Below are positions 45,215-53,136 of a stretch of DNA of 64,000 bases, in pieces. Position 1 is the stretch's first letter. Each line of letters opens with the position of its first letter. Below the pieces are notes generated by a model. The model had not been told where the DNA came from. It ran no database searches and saw only the letters and a program-made list of their open reading frames with translations. This DNA comes from a virus (lineage: Duplodnaviria > Heunggongvirae > Uroviricota > Caudoviricetes). A program made the translations under genes and the position numbers. The stretch spans positions 8,935-72,934 of IMG/VR virus record IMGVR_UViG_3300010163_000004, one strand, 5' to 3'.

Positions 45215-45410
45215 TCTCAAAGAAGTTTTTCAATGTCTCATATAACGGTCTAAGCTCTTCTGCATAACACTCCAACTCTAGACCTTCTATGTACGAGGCC
45301 GCACAATACACAAAATTTTCCATATCCTGTGATAGGTAATTCCACATATCTTCAATATCGGACTGCGTTAGTTCGACATTGTAATCGTCTAATCGAACAC
45401 TTATATTCAT
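45207..45410 (-). CDS. Hypothetical protein
   Basis: 67-aa ORF. Confidence 0.65.
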   Translation of the reverse strand: MNISVRLDDYNVELTQSDIEDMWNYLSQDMENFVYCAASYIEGLELECYAEELRPLYETLKNFFENE

Positions 45411-45413
45411 AAT

Positions 45414-46052
45414 TTAATAATTTATTATAGAATTGTAGATCTTATCTGCTTCCTCCTTAAACTTAACAACTATATCATTGGAATTAGAGAACTCCTCGAA
45501 CCATATGCGCCAATACGGTAATTCACTAATAGCCATAGAAGCGACTTCTGTTCCATCTATCCGGTTCCTGAGACATACACTACCCATCTCTATACCTTTA
45601 TTAGTAATACGTCTAAGCTTGGATATTTCAGATATTTCTTTAGATTCCTTATACAGTACCTGTAAGTCATCCATATCCTGTTCAGAAGCCTCACTGGGCT
45701 TTATTATTTTACTTAAGATAGCTGATATTTTGTTTTCTGTACCAGCCTCTTTGTAATATCTTATCATGTACGTGTTTTCAAATCTAGGACTCTCCTCGAC
45801 ATTCTGTATAGGTATTTCCGAGTTTTCTATAAAAACATCATCTAGATAAGATATATAAACGTTACCAATCAGCTTAAAATCCTCAATTTCTGAAGGACAA
45901 AGAAAGACATAAGCTTTAGTCCTACCCTCTTCAATCCTATGAGATATATTTATAAGGTCTATCTCATAGATATGACACTCGTCAGGAACTTCTAACTCTA
46001 GGTTAGAAAAGCCCCCGCAAATGTAATATTGCCTATACTTAATCTTTTTCAT
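45414..46052 (-). CDS. Hypothetical protein
   Basis: 212-aa ORF. Confidence 0.75.
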   Translation of the reverse strand: MKKIKYRQYYICGGFSNLELEVPDECHIYEIDLINISHRIEEGRTKAYVFLCPSEIEDFKLIGNVYISYLDDVFIENSEIPIQNVEESPRFENTYMIRYYKEAGTENKISAILSKIIKPSEASEQDMDDLQVLYKESKEISEISKLRRITNKGIEMGSVCLRNRIDGTEVASMAISELPYWRIWFEEFSNSNDIVVKFKEEADKIYNSIINY

Positions 46053-46283
46053 ATAAACTAACTTTCATTCTTTAATCGTCTCCATTCCTCTAAGAACCCT
46101 TCTGGATAGTGCCAATCCGCTTCGTAATCATATACTCTAGAGAACTCGGTATACTTGCGAAGTATACCACTCAAACAGCTCATCTTCATCCTCGCAGTAT
46201 AAATAATCACTGGGCTGTAGTTCAAATATTCCTTCACTAAGACCAGTTATGACAAGCAATGCCTCAAATCTATACTTACTCAT
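46049..46283 (-). pseudogene. Small acidic protein interrupted by a frameshift at a palindrome
   Basis: 5' frame MSKYRFEALL...CEDEDELFE and 3' frame FSRVYDYEADWHYPEGFLEEWRRLKNES. The frames switch at palindrome 46148-46168. Confidence 0.55.
46144..46172. repeat. Perfect 9-bp inverted repeat flanked by ACTC direct repeats
   Basis: ACTC GGTATACTT GCG AAGTATACC ACTC. Confidence 0.85.
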
Positions 46284-47475
46284 AATCGCGAATACATTTT
46301 AGTACAGGTTGCAATGGAGTGCCTTCATCAGACAAATAGAAATACTTAACGGTGGCCATCTTTCCTATTAGCTCCTTAAGTCTCTCTCTATATTGCTGTT
46401 TAAGTTCTCTAGAACCCATTGGTTTGGCTTTAAATTCTATACCATCTTCTGTTACTAGCGTAAAACACATATCTTCTTCCCGAAGACCTTCTGATAAGCC
46501 TGTAATTTCAAATTCTGCATCTTTATAGAATTTAAATTTCAGCATATCATTAGTACGCTTACCAAAGCCATATTCTTTATCTGGATTTCTACATACTACT
46601 CCTTCCCAGCCCTCTGAAACATATTGATTGTGCAGTTTCATAATATTCTCATATCCAGAAACTTTTTCCTGTGGGACTATTTGCAATTGTAATTCACCTT
46701 CTTTCCAATCTTTATCTGGATTAAATCCGAGATTAAGTTCTTTCTGAAGTTGCTTAAGGATTTCAAGCCTATCAGAGAACTTAATACTAGGAATCATTAT
46801 ATCGTAAACATAATATTCAAGCCAGTCGCAGTCAACTGCGTTTTTTTCAAGACGAGCTGCTCCACTGATTTGTTGGAGGCTCTTACCATGTCTATACAAC
46901 TCTCCATCAAGAACGTAAGTGGGATGATTCCTGAAGAACTCAAGCAGCCTCTCATTGTTTCGGATATGGTTTGTTGAATAGTCATAATTTCCCCCACCTC
47001 TGGAAGCAGATAGAATCTCACCATCCTTATAGTAGAAGGAACACCTAACTCCATCAATTTTTCTGCTAGCATACCAATACTTAACCTTATTGATTGAGGA
47101 TTCCTTAACTTTATCTGCAGATTTTGCAAGCATGTGCTTTGCAAATCCATTCTGGTCGGTTTTAATGTCTCCATAAAATTCTTCCAATTGAGTTTCGCTA
47201 TAAGTTTCAGGATCGTTCTCTAGCTCCTTATAACCTTTATCTAAATATTTCTTAAGCTCAGACTTAAACTGCAACTCAAGTTGTTCTCTATGCGTTCTAC
47301 CAGCTTTTCCTTTAGTAATGACTATTTCTGGTTGCTCTGTCATCTTTCCATGTAGCTGTCCTGTAACTCTATTAATTACAAATCCAGCTTTTTCTTCATC
47401 CCACTGCTCTGTAGTAGATAAATATACAACTCTAAATTTGCCAGTTGAGGCTTTGCTTAACAAATATTTAATCAT
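46276..47475 (-). CDS. ATP-dependent DNA ligase
   Basis: SRKIDGVRC (motif I), LDGELY, YYVYD, WEGVV, LKFK, OB domain. Confidence 0.93.
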   Translation of the reverse strand: MIKYLLSKASTGKFRVVYLSTTEQWDEEKAGFVINRVTGQLHGKMTEQPEIVITKGKAGRTHREQLELQFKSELKKYLDKGYKELENDPETYSETQLEEFYGDIKTDQNGFAKHMLAKSADKVKESSINKVKYWYASRKIDGVRCSFYYKDGEILSASRGGGNYDYSTNHIRNNERLLEFFRNHPTYVLDGELYRHGKSLQQISGAARLEKNAVDCDWLEYYVYDIMIPSIKFSDRLEILKQLQKELNLGFNPDKDWKEGELQLQIVPQEKVSGYENIMKLHNQYVSEGWEGVVCRNPDKEYGFGKRTNDMLKFKFYKDAEFEITGLSEGLREEDMCFTLVTEDGIEFKAKPMGSRELKQQYRERLKELIGKMATVKYFYLSDEGTPLQPVLKCIRDYE

Positions 47476-47698
47476 GAATAGTTACATTGAGGTTATCATA
47501 GATAATATCTTCAATATCACTAAGAGTTCCATAGTAGGCATTTTTTATTGCTTGTAATAATCTTTCATCAGAACAAGCTTCCTCCTCTTGCAGTTCGAGA
47601 AACTCCAGCAGATCATCTTCATGTAAATCTTCCCCTAATACAATATTTTTATGTACTGTAATAGTAACTACTTTCTTTTTAAGTTCTTCTAGCGTCAT
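47468..47698 (-). CDS. Hypothetical protein
   Basis: 76-aa ORF. Confidence 0.65.
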   Translation of the reverse strand: MTLEELKKKVVTITVHKNIVLGEDLHEDDLLEFLELQEEEACSDERLLQAIKNAYYGTLSDIEDIIYDNLNVTIHD

Positions 47699-48000
47699 TT
47701 CTGATAGTCCTTAACTAAGTTCCACAAATCGTCTATAGTATCCGTAGGAATTACTTTTCCATTTTCGTCAAATGCCTGATTAGGTTCCCCATAGAATCCA
47801 GGCTTCTCAAATAACCACCAATTAACCCAGTCTACTCCTTCATCGGAGAACAACTCCGGAAGTACTGTATTTAAGAATCCCCAACCGAGTTCAGATATGG
47901 GAAGTTCAAACAAATCAATTCCAAAATCAGACCATCTATCCAATTCCTTAGAATAGTTCTGGGCGTTTTCAATAAGCTTTACAAATCCTTCTTTAGTCAT
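47695..48000 (-). CDS. Hypothetical protein
   Basis: DWVNWWLFE...TIDDLWN, a common phage family pattern. Confidence 0.75.
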   Translation of the reverse strand: MTKEGFVKLIENAQNYSKELDRWSDFGIDLFELPISELGWGFLNTVLPELFSDEGVDWVNWWLFEKPGFYGEPNQAFDENGKVIPTDTIDDLWNLVKDYQK

Positions 48001-48242
48001 GGTACTTTTAATACATTTTTAACAACAATTTCCTTTTTTATCTTATCAAATTGCTTCTCGATTTCTTCTGGAATATTTACTCGTATATCCATTAGAGAAG
48101 TTAGATATTTGACTTTGTCTCTCGTATCATCAATAAAGTGATAATTAGTTTTGATTTGATTACTAATGTCCTCAACTCTTCGCATGAGACAAAGTATTAG
48201 GGCTAAATTACATAACCCTAATACCATTAATACCCATATCAT
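47997..48242 (-). CDS. Small membrane-anchored protein
   Basis: N-terminal hydrophobic helix [20 protein letters not shown]. Confidence 0.65.
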   Translation of the reverse strand: MIWVLMVLGLCNLALILCLMRRVEDISNQIKTNYHFIDDTRDKVKYLTSLMDIRVNIPEEIEKQFDKIKKEIVVKNVLKVP

Positions 48243-48820
48243 ACTCCGGTATGTCCAAATCCTCCTTCTCCTCGTTCAGTAGAAGGTAATTCTTCAACAA
48301 CTTCCCACTCTATAGTTTCATGCTTAGCAATGACTACTTGGGCAATTCTTTCTCCATCAGTAATTCTAACTGGAACATTGGAAGTGTTCACTAATACAAC
48401 TCCAACCTCTCCTCTGTAGTCGGCGTCAATGGTTCCTGGTGAATTAAGGACGGTAAGTCCCAATTTTAGTGCAAGACCGCTTCGCGGTCGAACTTGCGCC
48501 TCATAACCCCTAGGTAAAGCTATGAACAATCCAGTCGGAATCAAACATCTACCTCCAGGCTTTATTTCAATAGTAGAAGCAACGGGAATACTGGAAACTC
48601 TTCTATCAGTAGGATTTCCTTCCTTGTCTACCACAAATAGACCATTTGGATCTTCAATTTTACTAATAGCTACAACATCAGCATCGAAAAAGAATTTCTC
48701 AGGCTTATTGTCTACTAACTTAATTCTACTAAAATCTCCTCTAATATCCATACCTGCTGATAAGGGAGTTTCATACTGAGGAAGTTGATGTCTTGATTTA
48801 TTAATTATGAGTACTTTCAT
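48239..48820 (-). CDS. dut: Trimeric dUTPase with long insertion
   Basis: [41 protein letters not shown]. Confidence 0.95.
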   Translation of the reverse strand: MKVLIINKSRHQLPQYETPLSAGMDIRGDFSRIKLVDNKPEKFFFDADVVAISKIEDPNGLFVVDKEGNPTDRRVSSIPVASTIEIKPGGRCLIPTGLFIALPRGYEAQVRPRSGLALKLGLTVLNSPGTIDADYRGEVGVVLVNTSNVPVRITDGERIAQVVIAKHETIEWEVVEELPSTERGEGGFGHTGV

Positions 48821-49355
48821 GTAATAAAATAAATTCAGTTAAATAAAATCTTGCATCTATAACACACTTAGGAACTAGTCCTTCTAGGCTTAAATTAGAT
48901 CTTAGGGCATCTCTTACAACAGTAGCTGATATGCCTTCTTCTACCTGTTCTCTTGCCATGAGAGTCATTGATATATAACCCTTCAGCATAAACTTTGGGA
49001 ACCATGTTGTAATAATTTCGTATCCATCGCTATAGTAGATATTAAAATGGGACTCTTTTATAATACTAACTATGTTAGCATATAAATAGAATCCCCAATC
49101 CTGAGAGTTATCAGACTCATCAGTCAAATCATTAAGAGGTTGAATGATACATTTACTAAGTAAACCTTCGTCCTCTAAGGCAGCTTCTAGTAATTTTATC
49201 CTAACCTTTATAGGAATAGGATTACGCTTGTTTACTTTATCAGCACTACCAACTAACAAAAGAACCTTATCGTTCTCTAAACAAGCTTTTTTAATTAAAG
49301 CTAGGTGCCCATTGTGAATGGGCTGAAACCTAGCTAAAATAACTCCATATTTCAT
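48801..49355 (-). CDS. Nucleotidyltransferase, NMNAT/NadM-like
   Basis: [10 protein letters not shown] (HxGH), VGSA, RNP, ISATVVR. Confidence 0.85.
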   Translation of the reverse strand: MKYGVILARFQPIHNGHLALIKKACLENDKVLLLVGSADKVNKRNPIPIKVRIKLLEAALEDEGLLSKCIIQPLNDLTDESDNSQDWGFYLYANIVSIIKESHFNIYYSDGYEIITTWFPKFMLKGYISMTLMAREQVEEGISATVVRDALRSNLSLEGLVPKCVIDARFYLTEFILLHESTHN

Positions 49356-49657
49356 TTCTGATCTTTTGGTTTTATCTCTGTTGTTTTAATTATTTCCCTA
49401 AAGTCAAGCAATTTCCAGTTCTGCCTCTTATACTTCTTATGGTCTTGTGAAAAATCCTTTAAATCAGATTTGTTACAGAACAAAGCAAAGGCATAATCAA
49501 CAATAATCTCAGAAATCTTTTCATAATTCTGTTCCTTGTTTGTAGTCAGGTTGAGAATTACGTCATCAATTTCTAAGTCTGGACAATTATACTTAGCTGG
49601 AATATAATTTTTGTCGTTGTAATATACACAAACGATGTTAGTAAATTTTCTTATCAT
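49352..49657 (-). CDS. Hypothetical protein
   Basis: 101-aa ORF with ATGA overlaps. Confidence 0.7.
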   Translation of the reverse strand: MIRKFTNIVCVYYNDKNYIPAKYNCPDLEIDDVILNLTTNKEQNYEKISEIIVDYAFALFCNKSDLKDFSQDHKKYKRQNWKLLDFREIIKTTEIKPKDQK

Positions 49658-49995
49658 ACACTTAATTCGTATAGTTTTATTGGAGTAAATTCAAATATAA
49701 ACCACTCTCCATCTGCATCTTGGAACATACTAGAGTCCCAATCTATTATGGTAATTCTCTGTATTATCTTAGTCGGCTCACTATCAATAATTAGAGGAAG
49801 TCCAACCTTAAATGCTCCAGTTATTCCCTTATACTCCTTACCAGCGCCTGACCTATGACTAACTTTAATCATTCCATGCTTAGAGTGCAAGAGATTTTCT
49901 TCTTCCTCAGTAAAGTCCTTGAAGATATTCTCTTCAAGTCCTTTTATCAGAAGTCTCTTCTTTTCAATAATATTTTTAACCTTCAATTCTACCAT
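49654..49995 (-). CDS. Hypothetical protein
   Basis: 113-aa ORF. Confidence 0.7.
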   Translation of the reverse strand: MVELKVKNIIEKKRLLIKGLEENIFKDFTEEEENLLHSKHGMIKVSHRSGAGKEYKGITGAFKVGLPLIIDSEPTKIIQRITIIDWDSSMFQDADGEWFIFEFTPIKLYELSV

Positions 49996-50278
49996 ACACT
50001 ACAGGATTATTTAATGCTTTCATTATCTCCTCTATAGTACAAGTATTAGCCTCACTGTAGAACGCCATTACTGGAGCTGCATCATCAATCAATACAGCAA
50101 ATGGAGTATGTCTGGCGCTAAACCCTCCCCTAAGCTTAAAGGCATTTTTGCGTTCTTTGAACAAACCTTCATGGTAAGTTTGTAATTCTACTAAAGGATA
50201 TTTAGGAAGAACCTTCTTTAATTCGTCAACCAGATGTTGACTGTTATCATCATATGCAACCTTAAGAATCATTTCCAA
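49976..50278 (-). CDS. Thioredoxin-fold-like protein without CxxC
   Basis: ARHTPFAVL (TP motif) and position directly after nrdG. Fold call is tentative. Confidence 0.5.
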   Translation of the reverse strand: MEMILKVAYDDNSQHLVDELKKVLPKYPLVELQTYHEGLFKERKNAFKLRGGFSARHTPFAVLIDDAAPVMAFYSEANTCTIEEIMKALNNPVVYGRIEG

Positions 50279-50763
50279 AAACGTGAAGTAATATCAGTAA
50301 CTATGGATCTTCCACAGCTATTATCTATTTTATACATTCTCTGATTAGTTGTCTTACTATTAAGAGGACCAAGTTCTTTTATATAAGGTCCAAGCTTAAT
50401 ATAATCGAAGTTTTTTAAGTCAATATATGAGCTTAATTCTTGCCTTCCGCTATACCAAGCTATCTTTACATCTACCCAACTTCCTTTATCAGAAGAATCT
50501 CCAAAATCCCGTATGAGTTCAGCAAGCCAATTTATATAATTGGGGTCTGAATCCCCTCCCATAAACGCAATACAAGTTATTCCTTTATTATCTAACATTA
50601 ATTTTACTAATGCGTCTTCATCTAAATTTTCACCAATATCATTAGCTAGATAAGAGGAATGACAATTAACACAATGGCAAGGACAATTACTTATGTTAAT
50701 ACATAGGGTAATCTCATCGGGAATTTCGGAGAATGTTACAGCAGTGTCAACGTATTTTAGCAT
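50269..50763 (-). CDS. nrdG: Anaerobic RNR activating radical-SAM enzyme
   Basis: CPCHCVNCHS (CxxxCxxC), FMGGD, YSG, IKLGPY, TTNQR. Confidence 0.92.
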   Translation of the reverse strand: MLKYVDTAVTFSEIPDEITLCINISNCPCHCVNCHSSYLANDIGENLDEDALVKLMLDNKGITCIAFMGGDSDPNYINWLAELIRDFGDSSDKGSWVDVKIAWYSGRQELSSYIDLKNFDYIKLGPYIKELGPLNSKTTNQRMYKIDNSCGRSIVTDITSRFWK

Positions 50764-51044
50764 CGTAAATCAATAAATCCAGACTGCTCAATCGAGTGAG
50801 TTTCTTTACGTTCACACCAATATTCAAAGTAATCACAAAGGAGTCCAATAAATTCATCAGAATAGTCGCCTAAATAATATATATAAGCAACTTCAGGTGA
50901 ATTGCGACAGATATATCTATTAGATAGATCTATATCCAAGTTATACTTCTCTATTATTTTAAAAACTTCAATCCAATCTCCCCAATTCTCTTCTAGTAGA
51001 TCATATAATTGATCATTTGTCAGTTGATTCTTTAAAGTATTCAT
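50757..51044 (-). CDS. Hypothetical protein
   Basis: 95-aa ORF. Confidence 0.65.
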   Translation of the reverse strand: MNTLKNQLTNDQLYDLLEENWGDWIEVFKIIEKYNLDIDLSNRYICRNSPEVAYIYYLGDYSDEFIGLLCDYFEYWCERKETHSIEQSGFIDLRC

Positions 51045-51345
51045 TATAAGTCTCCTCTGCTAACTTTAATTGAATATTAATATTGTAAAGATTTTGTTTA
51101 GCTTCTTGAAGCTGTAATGCCCATTCTTTAGCATTCCAATCCTTATCTCCAGGACGCAAAGAATCACTAGATTCTGGAGCCAAGTCAGTAAGACCAATAA
51201 TCAAAAGTTCTATTTCACTCTTTTTTTGTCTTAATTGATTTACAATATTTTGTTGTGCAATTTCTGCAGCGGTTGCAATAGATCCAGCTCTACGAGTTAA
51301 TGTGGACGATGTATTATTACTAATAAGTTCTGTAAATTTATTCAT
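51013..51345 (-). CDS. Helical hypothetical protein
   Basis: 110-aa ORF containing DLAPESSDSLRP. Confidence 0.75.
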   Translation of the reverse strand: MNKFTELISNNTSSTLTRRAGSIATAAEIAQQNIVNQLRQKKSEIELLIIGLTDLAPESSDSLRPGDKDWNAKEWALQLQEAKQNLYNINIQLKLAEETYNEYFKESTDK

Positions 51346-51622
51346 AATTTCTTAAATTTAAAAATGTTTTATACTTTTTGCAAATCTCATCTTCTGTGTT
51401 ATTTTCTAAAGGTGTATTCTCAAATTTTGAGCTTATTCCGTGATATATCACATATTCAATATGTTCCTCTGGAGTTTCTCCTTGTGTACACCTTTCAACT
51501 AACTCTTTGGGAAGAACACATACTCCACTATTTAAAAAGAATGTATAAGTACCATTAGTATTATAAACTCCTCCTTGTATAGTAGCAGGAATTAAGTATA
51601 CATTAGTCGTCATATTCTTCAT
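51338..51622 (-). CDS. Hypothetical protein
   Basis: 94-aa ORF. Confidence 0.65.
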   Translation of the reverse strand: MKNMTTNVYLIPATIQGGVYNTNGTYTFFLNSGVCVLPKELVERCTQGETPEEHIEYVIYHGISSKFENTPLENNTEDEICKKYKTFLNLRNYE

Positions 51623-52166
51623 AAATTGATTCGTCTATGATAATATCTATTCCTCTATATTTCTTCCAGTTGTCAATAACAGCTTGTTTATTACTGTTTG
51701 GGGATGCACCTAAGTAAACACTCATATTAAAGCATTGTAGATCATAATCCCATCTATAGAAGTTAAGAGCTTCATTCATGTACTCTAATACTTTATTAAG
51801 ATTATCTTCTCCTATAATTTCTTTTAGTGGAATAAAATGTTCATATCCTCTATGTCCAGGTTCATCTTCTGTTTTTCCTTTTATCCATTTATCACGTATG
51901 GGATCATTAAAATAATTAGTAAGAGTATTTATATGATTCTTAATTTGGGAAGGTACTTTATAAGCGTGTTGATACATTTCTACTATCTCTTTAAATATCT
52001 TCTCTGGGAGATAGTAAAATTCATACGGTCTAGGCCCCTCTTTGTATTCTTTATTCTGTCGGATAAAGTCTTCCCATTCTACTTTAGGTTGTGCTTGCTC
52101 ATATAGAGCTTTTATACACTTTTCAGTAGCATCTGCAAGTACATCACTTCTAGTTAAATATTCCAT
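51603..52166 (-). CDS. Hypothetical protein
   Basis: 187-aa ORF. Confidence 0.75.
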   Translation of the reverse strand: MEYLTRSDVLADATEKCIKALYEQAQPKVEWEDFIRQNKEYKEGPRPYEFYYLPEKIFKEIVEMYQHAYKVPSQIKNHINTLTNYFNDPIRDKWIKGKTEDEPGHRGYEHFIPLKEIIGEDNLNKVLEYMNEALNFYRWDYDLQCFNMSVYLGASPNSNKQAVIDNWKKYRGIDIIIDESIYEEYDD

Positions 52167-52167
52167 A

Positions 52168-52350
52168 TTAAATGATTTTTATTCTATATTCCCCATAAAT
52201 TGATAAGCTATTGAGAATTTCACGATAAACTTTATTAAGTTTTTCTTGCTTAGCTCTAATATCATCCTTGATATTTATTTTGAATTTCTTAGATTGTTCC
52301 AAACAATACCAAGGTCTTTCAAAAATTACTACAATTTCTTCATCCTGCAT
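52168..52350 (-). CDS. Hypothetical protein
   Basis: 60-aa ORF filling the gap. Confidence 0.55.
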   Translation of the reverse strand: MQDEEIVVIFERPWYCLEQSKKFKINIKDDIRAKQEKLNKVYREILNSLSIYGEYRIKII

Positions 52351-53008
52351 TAGTTATTTTTCCTGTTTTAGTGTCCAATAGAAAACATTCTCTGACATCT
52401 AAACATGCATAATTATCCTTAATAATAGGTTTTTCTAATTGTGTATGTCCAAATATCTGAAAATAAGTAGGTTCTAAGTCTCCTTCTCTTACGTCATGCC
52501 AAACTATACTACCAGAATGTGCCCAACCTCCTCTCAGCATTCCAACTTCCCATAAATAAGGAATTATTTCTTCTTCGGATTTTTCTAAGAATTGATCAAT
52601 ATTACAGTTGTTAAAACAACTATATAACCATTCATTAGTAATTCCCGCATGAGTAAATAAATATTTTTCTTCTTTATACCATAGTTGAAACTTATCATTA
52701 TATGTTCTGAAAAGTGTCTTTATCTGTTCTTCATTATCGTAATCGTATCTTGAAGCACTTCCGAAATTATAATAGTAAGCACAGTCATGATTTCCAAGGA
52801 GCAGTATTACCTTATTGGGATTATCAACTTTGAATTGGATAATCTCTTTAAACTCTTCTATTGCATTCTCTTTAGTAATACCTTCATAACCATATGGGTC
52901 TAGGTAGTCTCCTAAAAAGACTACCTTATCCATAGTGTCTATTATTTCTCTTGCTTTGTGCCAGAAAGTTCTGCCGTGAACATCTGGAACTATATATATT
53001 TTACTCAT
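52340..53008 (-). CDS. Metallophosphoesterase
   Basis: PDVHG, FLGDYLD, LGNHD, THAG, FGHT. Start moved to ATG 53008. Confidence 0.9.
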   Translation of the reverse strand: MSKIYIVPDVHGRTFWHKAREIIDTMDKVVFLGDYLDPYGYEGITKENAIEEFKEIIQFKVDNPNKVILLLGNHDCAYYYNFGSASRYDYDNEEQIKTLFRTYNDKFQLWYKEEKYLFTHAGITNEWLYSCFNNCNIDQFLEKSEEEIIPYLWEVGMLRGGWAHSGSIVWHDVREGDLEPTYFQIFGHTQLEKPIIKDNYACLDVRECFLLDTKTGKITNAG

Positions 53009-53031
53009 TTTGTTTCTTTTTAAATAATCGT

Positions 53032-53136
53032 TCAATATTCCATTTGAATTCCCAAGAAAGGTTTATCAGTTCTAGTAATAGTGATATTAATATCACATAG
53101 AAGTAGTATAGCTAGTAATATTATAATACTTATCAT
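53032..53136 (-). CDS. Very small membrane protein, 34 aa, not in ORF track
   Basis: MISIIILLAILLLCDINITITRTDKPFLGIQMEY, ATGA overlap with the nrdD stop. Confidence 0.5.
   Translation of the reverse strand: MISIIILLAILLLCDINITITRTDKPFLGIQMEY

Noticed and set aside
46049-46060. C-terminal TAGs at 46058-46060 and 34263-34265 as proof of readthrough
   Set aside because: Both are within 2-3 codons of a TGA/TAA in damaged genes, so stop and sense readings are equally plausible.
30209-48820. Uracil- or otherwise modified-base genome
   Set aside because: UDG, dUTPase and ThyX together point to ordinary thymine DNA, and no base-modification enzymes were recognised.
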